DNA from: Anaerolineales bacterium
Lineage (GTDB): Bacteria; Chloroflexota; Anaerolineae; Anaerolineales; JABWBV01
Length of the DNA stretch: 50,621 bases
Assembly: GCA_013359445.1 (NCBI GenBank)
Contig: JABWBV010000001.1
Location: forward strand, 1 to 50,621
Reading direction: 5' to 3'
The notes under the pieces are model-generated. The model was not told the origin of the DNA and searched no databases. It was given only the letters and a program-made list of their open reading frames with translations. This document shows positions 34,686-43,163 of the stretch, piece after piece. Every line of letters begins with the position of its first letter. Positions within the stretch are counted from its first letter, which is position 1. A program made the translations under genes and the position numbers.

Positions 34686-36419
34686 TCATCCATCCAGCGT
34701 GAAATAAAACGCCGCCCCCTGTCCTACGCGGCCCTCGGCCCATACCCGGCCCCCATGCCGGTGGATGATACGTTGCACCGTAGCCAAACCAACGCCGGTC
34801 CCTTCAAATTCATCTGCCCGGTGCAACCGTTGAAACGGGACAAAAAGCTTTTCGGCATACGTCTGTTCAAAACCTGCCCCATTATCTCTGATAAAAAAGA
34901 TTTTCTGTCCGTTCTCTTGTTTCAGGCCAAACTCGATTTTTGCCTCTTGTTGATACCGGGTAAATTTCCACCCATTTCTCAGGAGATTTTCCAAAACGGC
35001 CCGAAGTAAACGGGCGTCCCCCTGGACACAAACGCCCCCGACTACGGACCAATCCACTTTCCGACTCGGATCGGCTTGTTGCAAATCTGCGAGGATTTCT
35101 TGAGCCATTTTCGATAAATCCACCTCAGTTTTTTGGATTTGGGTGCGGGAGACTTGAGAAAGGGCCAGCATTCCGTCAATTAATTCTTTCATTTGGGCAC
35201 TGGCACTCTTAATGCGGCGGAGATAGTTTTGTGCATCCGGCGTCATCCCTTCTGTCTCCGCCAACAAGATGGTAGAAAATCCTTCCATGGCGCGCAAAGG
35301 CGCACGCAAGTCGTGAGAAACCGAATAGCTAAAGGCCTCCAATTCCTGGTTCGCAATTTCAAGTTGGCGGGTGCGTTCATGGAGGGTTTGTTCCATTTGT
35401 TTACGTTCAGAAATATTGCGAACCTGAATCATGCGGCCTGCAAAAGCCTGATTCTTATGGTAAATGGGCGTGACTTCCACTTCAAAAGATTGGAAATCAT
35501 CTCCCAGATAACCCTGGACCTCGGTCTTAATTTCTCTTACATCGCCGAAGCGCGCCAGTAAATCGGAAAACTGAGCAAAAGCTTTTGCGGCAGGTTGCCC
35601 AATCACCTCACCATAAGATTTATGGATGAGTTTGAGCGCCACAGGATTGATGTCCACCACCCGATTTTTCAGGTCTATCACAATCATGGCCGTTGGCATG
35701 ATTTCCACAAGAAGATCGCGGGCAATGGGCACGATGTCGAAAATCTGGAAACGAAACAACCCCCATGTAATAAACAGATTTCCAATTGCGAAAGTCAGCG
35801 GAGCCGTATCTCGTTGATAACTCAGGGTAATGTTTGCCATGGTCAAGCCCCCTCCCACCATTGGGGCCGCGAGACCGCATAAGATCAGAATGGCCTGTAA
35901 CCGGAACAAGCCCTTTTCCCGAAGAGATTTTACGATGAGCACACCAATTCCACCCAAGCCTAACCCATAGGCATAGACAAATGTGAGCCAGATAAAGAGA
36001 GAAAAATCGTAGGTCAGATTAGAAAAAGGGGCGCCGGGGATCAAGAAGGCAGTTGGGCGGAACCATCCATGAAATTGATCTGTATAAATAAACAGTGTAG
36101 AGACCAGGGGGAACAAACTTAATCCAACGAGAAACTTTTGGGGATTCGCGGGAAGCCGCCCCGTAAATTTCAGGGCAAAATAAAACCAACTTTCCGTCAC
36201 GATGAACATGGCGACAAATTGCAAATTATCCCAAAAAACTTTTCCGGCAAGCGTATCGTTTGTTAGCTCAAAAATATACCCATACGTCCAAAGCGCTTCC
36301 CCGAGACAAAGCACGACAAACGCGGAGGCACTTTCTATCTCTCTCTGTCTCCACGCGTAAAAAGCAATCCCCAAGGAGATCATCAGTGAAATCAGGTATG
36401 GAATCAGATAAGAAAACAT
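34686..36419 (-). CDS. sensor histidine kinase (N-terminal 7TM sensor, PAS, HisKA, HATPase_c); no cognate response regulator nearby
   Basis: About 7 TM helices, then a PAS-like segment, H-box SHDLRAPL, and G boxes DNGAGF and GTGVGLA. GC is lower than in the flanking genes. Confidence 0.85.
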   Translation of the reverse strand: MFSYLIPYLISLMISLGIAFYAWRQREIESASAFVVLCLGEALWTYGYIFELTNDTLAGKVFWDNLQFVAMFIVTESWFYFALKFTGRLPANPQKFLVGLSLFPLVSTLFIYTDQFHGWFRPTAFLIPGAPFSNLTYDFSLFIWLTFVYAYGLGLGGIGVLIVKSLREKGLFRLQAILILCGLAAPMVGGGLTMANITLSYQRDTAPLTFAIGNLFITWGLFRFQIFDIVPIARDLLVEIMPTAMIVIDLKNRVVDINPVALKLIHKSYGEVIGQPAAKAFAQFSDLLARFGDVREIKTEVQGYLGDDFQSFEVEVTPIYHKNQAFAGRMIQVRNISERKQMEQTLHERTRQLEIANQELEAFSYSVSHDLRAPLRAMEGFSTILLAETEGMTPDAQNYLRRIKSASAQMKELIDGMLALSQVSRTQIQKTEVDLSKMAQEILADLQQADPSRKVDWSVVGGVCVQGDARLLRAVLENLLRNGWKFTRYQQEAKIEFGLKQENGQKIFFIRDNGAGFEQTYAEKLFVPFQRLHRADEFEGTGVGLATVQRIIHRHGGRVWAEGRVGQGAAFYFTLDG

Positions 36420-36473
36420 GGCTTTTCGGTGCCCAGACGTTTGGCTTTTGGGTTAATTCATACTTTGAGGGCA

Positions 36474-37259
36474 TCAAAACATCACTGCCCCCCCATCTAC
36501 GTTGATCGCCTGTCCGGTAATGCCCCGCGCGGATTCGCTGGCGAGGAGGAGGGCGACGGCGGCGACTTCGTCGGGTTCGATAAGGCGGTTTTGGGGGTTG
36601 AGTTTTTCGAGATAACCGCGGGCCTGGTCAGCGGTCATGTTTGTTCGGGTGATCATGTTGGCGATGGCGGAGTCGGTCATGGGGGTGTTCACGTAGCCGG
36701 GGCAGATGGCGTTGACGGTGATGTCCGGGGTCAGTTCCACGGCGAGGGCACGGGTCAGGCCGAGGACGCCGTGTTTGCTGGCGGTGTACGCGGCGGTGTA
36801 TTTCGACCCCACTTTGCTGGCGACGGAGGCGATGTTGATGATCCGCCCCCATTTCTGCCCGATCATCTCCGGGACGAAGGCTTTGGTGACGTAGTACACA
36901 CCGTTCAGGTTGACGTTGAGGATGTGATGCCAGAGGTCGTCGGAGTGGCCGAGGAATTTGTGGCTCCCCGCAATCCCCGCGTTGTTGATGAGGATGTCCA
37001 CGCCGCCCCACTGTTCGAGGAGGGCGGCGCGCATCGCGGCGATTTGATCGAGGTTGGTCACATCGCAGGCGAAGGGGAGGGCGGTTCCGCCCATCGCGGT
37101 GATCTCGTCGGCGACGGTTTGGGCATCGGCGAGGGTGCGGGAGGTGAGGGCGACGCGTGCGCCTGCCTGGGCAAAGGCGAGGGCAATGGCGCGGCCAATG
37201 CCTTTACTGCCGCCGGTGATGAGGGTGCGTTTGTGGGAGAGGGGAGATGTTTCATTCAT
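36474..37259 (-). CDS. short-chain dehydrogenase/reductase (FabG/3-hydroxyacyl-CoA dehydrogenase-like)
   Basis: TGGSKGIGRAIA cofactor motif and the catalytic YTASK. Confidence 0.85.
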   Translation of the reverse strand: MNETSPLSHKRTLITGGSKGIGRAIALAFAQAGARVALTSRTLADAQTVADEITAMGGTALPFACDVTNLDQIAAMRAALLEQWGGVDILINNAGIAGSHKFLGHSDDLWHHILNVNLNGVYYVTKAFVPEMIGQKWGRIINIASVASKVGSKYTAAYTASKHGVLGLTRALAVELTPDITVNAICPGYVNTPMTDSAIANMITRTNMTADQARGYLEKLNPQNRLIEPDEVAAVALLLASESARGITGQAINVDGGAVMF

Positions 37260-37323
37260 AGATATTTTTAACGCAAAGTTCGCAAAGGAAGAACACTAAG
37301 AGCGCAAAGAAGAAAGTTTGGGA

Positions 37324-38049
37324 TTAGTCAAAATATGTTATCCCTGGAATAGTTATAGCAATCCAAAAATATTCGCTATTCGATTCAACAATAGGGTGTG
37401 TGCTATTTACGATTTCCCAGGCAAATAACAGATCGTTTGAAGAGATTTCGCGCACTAATTCAGGAGAGAGAGTATAGCCAAATTGATCGTCTGGCCAAAC
37501 ATATTGTGGAATTAAGCCCTTTGGTAAGCTTGTTTCATCCAATAGGATCGCATGTAAAGTTGCACGTTCCGGGCTGTACTCTTCTGCAGTGACTCCGGCC
37601 CCTTGTTTTAAGAGATTTACAAGGGCAAAAACCTCTTCATTTTCTCGATCAATTAATTCACTACGCGCAACATCCAGCAAATCTATATCGAGATGGTCAA
37701 AAGCATAATCCTTGTTATTGAACAATTCATATCCCTTAAAGAAATCAGCCTCGATAAAATCCACGATTATTTGCTCCATTTCATCATGCGAAAGATACCC
37801 TTCATAAACTTTTCTTCCTCCGATAGCCAGATGCTCGACCCAAACAATCCGGCCATCTCCCCAGACTCGAAAGTCTGGGATGTAGTTGTAATCAATTTCT
37901 TGATACATTGGTACAACGCTAATGATTAATGCATCAGGGGATTGATCCCATCTTGGTTCCGGAGACCAGAAAAACAAAGAATAAAAACACCCAGGTATCA
38001 CCACCAAGAGAAAAACTATAGATAACGCGACGAGTGTTTTTCGCATCAT
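37324..38049 (-). CDS. AT-rich lipoprotein/secreted protein, unknown function
   Basis: MMRKTLVALSIVFLLVVIPGC (lipobox-like). The tandem ATGs at 38049 and 38046 overlap the TGA of the upstream flavoprotein gene. Confidence 0.5.
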   Translation of the reverse strand: MMRKTLVALSIVFLLVVIPGCFYSLFFWSPEPRWDQSPDALIISVVPMYQEIDYNYIPDFRVWGDGRIVWVEHLAIGGRKVYEGYLSHDEMEQIIVDFIEADFFKGYELFNNKDYAFDHLDIDLLDVARSELIDRENEEVFALVNLLKQGAGVTAEEYSPERATLHAILLDETSLPKGLIPQYVWPDDQFGYTLSPELVREISSNDLLFAWEIVNSTHPIVESNSEYFWIAITIPGITYFD

Positions 38050-40202
38050 GTTGACATTACACACAAATCCGCCCGGCCACCTGCCAGGATGGTATTCACC
38101 TCCCCACTTGTGGTCAAATGCCCTCCGAGCAAGATGGGGAGACAGGTAGCGTGGCGGAGGCGTTCGGCGTGGGGGGTGAGGTAGCCGGAGGCGTAGAGGG
38201 AGTCGTCATCGGGGACGGTTTGCCCGGCGAGGGGTTGGAGGAGGTCGAGGTGGGGGTGGAAGGCGCGGGCGATTTCGAGGGAGTCTTCGAGAATGAGGCC
38301 GCCTTTCGCCCAGTCGTCTACGTTGAGGGCGATGGCGAGTGGCTTATCCCACACGGCACGGACGGCAGTGAGGATTTGGAGGGGGTAGCGGAGGCGGTTT
38401 TCCAACGTTCCACCGTATTCGTCGGGGCGGTGGTTGGTGAGGGGGGAGAGGAAACTGGCGAGGAGGTAGCCATGCGCCATGTGGAGTTGCAGGAGGTCGA
38501 ATCCGGCTTGATGGGCGAGGCGGGCGGCGCGGACGAAGGATTCGCAGACGGCGGCGAGGTCGTCGGGGGTCATTGCGCGGGGGGTGGGGCTGTGGCGGTG
38601 ATAGGGCAGGGGGGAGGGGGCGAGGAGCGGCCAGGGATCGCGGATCGGGCGGTCTATCCCCGCGCGAGCCGGGTGGACGGCGCCGCGGCGTCCCGCGTGG
38701 TTGAGGAGGATGCCTGTTTTTTGTCCCCGCGCGTGGGCGGCATCCACGAACGTTATCCACGTTGCGAGGTGGATTTCATCGTACAGGCAGGGATCGTCGG
38801 GAGTGATCCGCCCTTCGGGGCTGACGGCGACGGGGGGAGTGAGGAGGAGGCCTGCGCCGGAAGCGGGGTTGCGGGAGGCGAGGCGGTTGGGGAACATGAC
38901 ACCGCGCAAGGGGAAGGGGGTGTGGAGGGGTGGGGGGGCGGCGGAATTTCCGGCGGAATTTCCGGCAAAGGTGCGGTCAACGGTTTCGACGTATTGAGGG
39001 TCGCGGGTGCGGAGGTTGTCGTAGTGGATACGCCCGGAGCGGGTGAGGAGTTGGAAGGCGAAGGGTTGGGGGGCAAGATTCGTGTAGCGTTTGAGGGTTT
39101 CAAAATAACGCTGGCTGACGAGGGCGGCGGCTTGCAGGGATTCGGCGCGGGGACGGCGTTCGCTTTCGTAGACGCGGAGGGCGGTGTTGACGTTGGGGGC
39201 GGTTTCGAGGGCTTGTGCGAGGGCGATAGCGGCGTCCATGGCGAGTTTGGTGCCTGATCCGATGGAGAAGTGGGCGGTGTGGGCGGCGTCGCCGAGGAGG
39301 ACGAGCGGGGTGCCTTCAATCGTGTGCCGCCATTTTTTGCAGACGACGTGGACGAAGTTGACCCAGAGGGAGCGGTTGGAGAGGAGGCGCGCTTTGCCGA
39401 GAAAGTCGGAGAAGAGATTTTGGCAGTAGGCGATGGAGTCGGCCTCGGTCGCTTTGTCCAGTCCGGCGCGTCGCCACACGTCTTCGGCACATTCGACGAT
39501 GAAGGTGCTGGTGGTGCCGTCGAAGGGGTAGGCATGGACTTGAAAGAGGCCGTGTTCGTTTTCTTTGAAGAGGAAGGTGAAGGCGTCGAGCAGGCGGTCG
39601 GTGCCGAACCAGATATATTTGGTCTGGCCAAGGGTGAGGGTGGGTTGGAAGACGTCGGTGAACTGTTTGCGGACGGCGGAGTTGACCCCGTCGGCGGCGA
39701 TGATCAGGTCGTAGTCGGCGGGCTGGACGGGGAAGGGGGTGACGCCGGGGGTGTAGGTGCGGACGGTGGAGATGGTGTTGAGGAGGGTTTCGGGGGAGGT
39801 TGGTTGGTTTGTTGGTGGGTTGGTTGGTTGAGGGGGGAGGATGGCCTCGTGTTCGAAGGTCATTTGGATGCCGAGTTCGCGGCAACGATCCTGCAGGATT
39901 TGGAGCAAGCGGCGGCGGGACATGCCCGCGAAGTCGTGGCCGTCGGCGCGGATGATTTCGCCTTTGTAGTGGATGTCTATCGCCGTCCAGGTGACGAATT
40001 CTTTGGTGATACGTTCGTAGGAGGGGAAGTCCGCTTCACGGAAGGTGTTGATGGTGCGGTCGGAGAAGACGACGCCCCAGCCGTAGGTCGCGCCGGCGGG
40101 GTTGCGTTCGACGATGTGGATGTCGTGGGCAGGGTTGGCTTTTTTGAGGAGGATGGCGGAGTAGAGGCCACCGGGGCCTCCGCCGAGGATCAATATTTTC
40201 AT
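38046..40202 (-). CDS. bifunctional FAD-monooxygenase / Old-Yellow-Enzyme-type reductase (2-aminobenzoyl-CoA monooxygenase/reductase or salicylyl-CoA 5-hydroxylase type)
   Basis: N-terminal ILILGGGPGGLYSA plus GDAAHTAHFSIGSGT (aromatic-ring hydroxylase). C-terminal HMAHGYLLASFLSPLTNHRPDEYGGTLENR (OYE TIM barrel). 718 aa. Confidence 0.75.
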   Translation of the reverse strand: MKILILGGGPGGLYSAILLKKANPAHDIHIVERNPAGATYGWGVVFSDRTINTFREADFPSYERITKEFVTWTAIDIHYKGEIIRADGHDFAGMSRRRLLQILQDRCRELGIQMTFEHEAILPPQPTNPPTNQPTSPETLLNTISTVRTYTPGVTPFPVQPADYDLIIAADGVNSAVRKQFTDVFQPTLTLGQTKYIWFGTDRLLDAFTFLFKENEHGLFQVHAYPFDGTTSTFIVECAEDVWRRAGLDKATEADSIAYCQNLFSDFLGKARLLSNRSLWVNFVHVVCKKWRHTIEGTPLVLLGDAAHTAHFSIGSGTKLAMDAAIALAQALETAPNVNTALRVYESERRPRAESLQAAALVSQRYFETLKRYTNLAPQPFAFQLLTRSGRIHYDNLRTRDPQYVETVDRTFAGNSAGNSAAPPPLHTPFPLRGVMFPNRLASRNPASGAGLLLTPPVAVSPEGRITPDDPCLYDEIHLATWITFVDAAHARGQKTGILLNHAGRRGAVHPARAGIDRPIRDPWPLLAPSPLPYHRHSPTPRAMTPDDLAAVCESFVRAARLAHQAGFDLLQLHMAHGYLLASFLSPLTNHRPDEYGGTLENRLRYPLQILTAVRAVWDKPLAIALNVDDWAKGGLILEDSLEIARAFHPHLDLLQPLAGQTVPDDDSLYASGYLTPHAERLRHATCLPILLGGHLTTSGEVNTILAGGRADLCVMST

Positions 40203-40777
40203 GGGTTCGCCTCCGCCAATGCTTTTTCTAACAAATCACTTGTTTTCAAGCGGATTGCCCAAGTTTGCAAATACGCTAAATCCAAATTCCCGCGTTGGAT
40301 CTTCATCACGTTGATAACATCACGCCATTGACGTTCGGACACTTCCCCACCCATTCGATACCAGTTGAATTTCGCAAGAATGTTATCTTCTGCGCTGGAA
40401 AAATAAGCTGTGCGAACAGGTTCATCCGCTAACGTTTGTTGAATACGCCGCTCGAATTGTGTCTGATCAAAAGGGCGTTGTTGGTTCGTGAAAATATCCA
40501 CCTTAAACATGGTTTCACGGTGAATGATATTGAAACTGCTACGTCGAACAATTGCCTCTTTGATCATTTCATCATCCACATAAAAGGTGTTTTCGAGGGC
40601 GGAAACGAAACTTTCTACATGCGCCAACTGAATATCTGCGATGATGTCCACATCCATCGTTGCCCGCGCCACGCCATGAATAGCGGTTGCCAATGAACCG
40701 CCGATGAAATAGGGGATGTTTAAGCGTTCAAACACATCCGACACTTGTAAGGTGACTTCGATAGGTTCAGGCAACAT
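40199..40777 (-). CDS. nucleotidyltransferase-fold protein (GGS..HG..R.T.DVD motif)
   Basis: FIGGSLATAIHGVARATMDVDII is a minimal-NTase / AbiEii-like signature. AT-rich. Its TGA overlaps the ATG of the flavoprotein gene (ATGA). Confidence 0.45.
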   Translation of the reverse strand: MLPEPIEVTLQVSDVFERLNIPYFIGGSLATAIHGVARATMDVDIIADIQLAHVESFVSALENTFYVDDEMIKEAIVRRSSFNIIHRETMFKVDIFTNQQRPFDQTQFERRIQQTLADEPVRTAYFSSAEDNILAKFNWYRMGGEVSERQWRDVINVMKIQRGNLDLAYLQTWAIRLKTSDLLEKALAEANP

Positions 40778-41027
40778 GGGTATTTTCCTCCACAATCAGT
40801 GGGCCATACACTTTTTCGGCTAACTCTTCCCCTAATAAAAGCCCTGCCAGTCTGCGGTTGATTTCGCTTTCTGAGGCTTGGGGGTGTCTAGCCTTTATGC
40901 CGCGTAAAGCCAACAGTTTTGCTGTTTGTACCATTTGTGCCCACATATCAGCTTTTTTCCAGGACGGAGCGTTTCGGAGCAGGTCGAGTTGGAGTTGTTC
41001 GATTTGGGGGGAGGTGTCGGTTAGCAT
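40767..41027 (-). CDS. small helical protein, possible partner of the nucleotidyltransferase
   Basis: 86-aa ORF whose 3' end overlaps the NTase start by 11 nt. No recognisable motif. Confidence 0.35.
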   Translation of the reverse strand: MLTDTSPQIEQLQLDLLRNAPSWKKADMWAQMVQTAKLLALRGIKARHPQASESEINRRLAGLLLGEELAEKVYGPLIVEENTHVA

Positions 41028-41094
41028 ATTTTATTAGAGGAGAATGGCGGGATACACGCCGCTAAGGGTGAGGTTTTTTATAAGGAGACGATGA

Positions 41095-42267
41095 TTAAAA
41101 TGGTATTTCCTCTGGATTAATATATTTGTCAAAAAATTCTGGATCAAACCCCTTTACTTTTTCGATCTCTTTTAAAATCAAATCTTGCCACTCACTAGGA
41201 AATTCATATCGCTCTAAAAATTTATCACGCAGTACGACAGCCCCCAAAGAGTCTGAAACAGCCTTGACTATCGCTTCAGTAATTGACTCTCTCCAGTATT
41301 CGCTCCAAAATTTTTCACCGCCAATTGAGTCTATGACTTTAGGTAACGACGAATAAAAATATTTTGCAACATAATTTTGTTCTTCTTGAGTTTTTTGGAG
41401 TTTATCTAAGAAAGTTTTGCAGAGCTCATACTTTAGAGAAAAATATCTTAAAAACCGAATTCCCCATGTTCCAAATCCGCCTTCTATACATTTTTCACTA
41501 AGATTGTCATATCGCCCTGAGGCAATTGATCGAATTAATTTATTCTCAATACGAAGACGTGCTATCTCGTTGATCCGAGGCCAAAGGCGTTCAGGCAGAA
41601 TTTGCAGAGTTACCCTGATAACTTTATCCTGATTTACAGTTTTTAATTCATCAGAAATAACGGCTAGAAAATCATCAATCTTATCGTCACCAGCTAAACC
41701 AATTAGCGCATGGAAAATATATTTGAGATTATCGCCATTACCTGATGTTTTTTTGCGATAAATTGTAATTAAAGCTTCATTGTATTTTTGGGGAGGCACT
41801 TCATTTGCCAGCAATTTTGCATACCTATCTGATGCAACGAAATCCGGATCAAAAACCCGATTGCACCAATCATCTAAGGTAAATGGTTCTTTTGCCTGAC
41901 CGATTATTCCAATAATATAATTCACAAAAAGTATGATCGCATCGGCTGTATCTTTTTCGTCTTCATACTGTTCATGACTACGAGGATTCCTAATCCCCTG
42001 ATAAAGCCCTCGTAGAATTTGTTCTAATCCTTTCTGTTCATTTTTTTCAGTTTCAGTTTGGAATTTATTTATTCTCAAACGCGGACTGTCACCTCCCAAT
42101 GCCTGTCCAACTAAGGGAATTCCATCTCCATCCACATTTGCCCTTTCTCTCAAGAGATTGCTCAAATAGTGAATTGCCTCTAAAACGGCACTACTATAAA
42201 TTTCCGACTCATAGGGTTTAGAAATGGCTTGCCATAAATCTGATCTAATTTCGGGTCTAAGATTCAT
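41095..42267 (-). CDS. TIGR02391 (Hypoth_Ymh)-domain protein with a long uncharacterised C-terminal region
   Basis: N-terminal about 130 aa with LYQGIRNPRSHEQ (RNP..H motif of the Ymh family). Strong RBS AGGAG. AT-rich. Confidence 0.55.
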   Translation of the reverse strand: MNLRPEIRSDLWQAISKPYESEIYSSAVLEAIHYLSNLLRERANVDGDGIPLVGQALGGDSPRLRINKFQTETEKNEQKGLEQILRGLYQGIRNPRSHEQYEDEKDTADAIILFVNYIIGIIGQAKEPFTLDDWCNRVFDPDFVASDRYAKLLANEVPPQKYNEALITIYRKKTSGNGDNLKYIFHALIGLAGDDKIDDFLAVISDELKTVNQDKVIRVTLQILPERLWPRINEIARLRIENKLIRSIASGRYDNLSEKCIEGGFGTWGIRFLRYFSLKYELCKTFLDKLQKTQEEQNYVAKYFYSSLPKVIDSIGGEKFWSEYWRESITEAIVKAVSDSLGAVVLRDKFLERYEFPSEWQDLILKEIEKVKGFDPEFFDKYINPEEIPF

Positions 42268-42286
42268 AATTCTCCTCTGTTACTTA

Positions 42287-42508
42287 CTATTCAAAATCCA
42301 TCGATTTAGCCTTTCCCGCCGCGATTTCTTCACCTTCGTTTTGGTCTGCTTTTGTGATTTGGTTTCGGGTGTGTTTAATCAACACGTCCCTGTCCAGTCT
42401 GTCCTCTGTTATTTCTTCAGAGTATTGAGGAAACTGAAACACAGGATTCTGATGCCAGAATTTCCCACGTTCAGCCTTTGAGAAGTCGTACTCGTCTTTT
42501 ATACTCAT
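42287..42508 (-). CDS. small acidic protein, unknown function; translationally coupled to mazF
   Basis: ATGA overlap with the mazF stop. The N-terminal DEYDFSKAERGKFW motif resembles motifs seen in small TA-associated proteins. Confidence 0.35.
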   Translation of the reverse strand: MSIKDEYDFSKAERGKFWHQNPVFQFPQYSEEITEDRLDRDVLIKHTRNQITKADQNEGEEIAAGKAKSMDFE

Positions 42509-42861
42509 CGCAACCCAAAAATAATTTTCAAGGCTCGATCAATTTCCTCTAATTTTTTTGACGACACAACACCTCTCGCTTTCACTAAACGAAACCGATG
42601 ATCAATCGGGCGAGTCTGCAAACAATCTGCGACAGATTTTTTAGAAAGCCCATTTTCATCCGAAGGATTGAGTGTTACATTTGTGGTGATTTGAGCCTTT
42701 CTCTCGCTCCATTCTGTAATCGGGACAACCTGAATTACAGGGACTCGTTCATTGAAGTGATTATTGGTTACGATGACACAAGGGCGAATCTTTCCAGTCT
42801 CCGAACCCTTCGTTGGGTCTAAATTGACATCAATGATCATGCCGCGTCGTAATTCTGTCAT
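42505..42861 (-). CDS. mazF: MazF/PemK family type II toxin (mRNA interferase)
   Basis: RRGMIIDVNLDPTKGSETGKIRPCVIV .. VVPIT. ATGA overlap with the upstream antitoxin. Confidence 0.85.
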   Translation of the reverse strand: MTELRRGMIIDVNLDPTKGSETGKIRPCVIVTNNHFNERVPVIQVVPITEWSERKAQITTNVTLNPSDENGLSKKSVADCLQTRPIDHRFRLVKARGVVSSKKLEEIDRALKIIFGLR

Positions 42862-43091
42862 TCCGGCCACTCCGCAATCGCGCTGTCGGTTAGCTCTTGC
42901 AACTCTTCATCCTCTAAATAAAGCGTTGCATAAAGTGCCGCGGACTCAGCTATTTTCTTTTGCTCCACTCTTGCTTGATATTGGGAAATGGCTTCGCGAA
43001 TTAATTCGCTTTTATCCTTAAATCCCAAGGATTTAAATTGTTCAATAAATGCAATTTGTGCATCATCCAAACTAAATTTTGCCTGTTGCAT
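42858..43091 (-). CDS. RHH/CopG-type antitoxin (MazE-like)
   Basis: 77 aa, FSLDDAQIAFIEQ..KSELIREAI ribbon-helix-helix pattern. RBS GAGGTG. Confidence 0.7.
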   Translation of the reverse strand: MQQAKFSLDDAQIAFIEQFKSLGFKDKSELIREAISQYQARVEQKKIAESAALYATLYLEDEELQELTDSAIAEWPE

Positions 43092-43163
43092 AACTTCACC
43101 TCATTTCAGGTTAGAACCTTGTTTTAGACCCTATTTTACGCCCCTGAATTCGGGCCGTCAATC

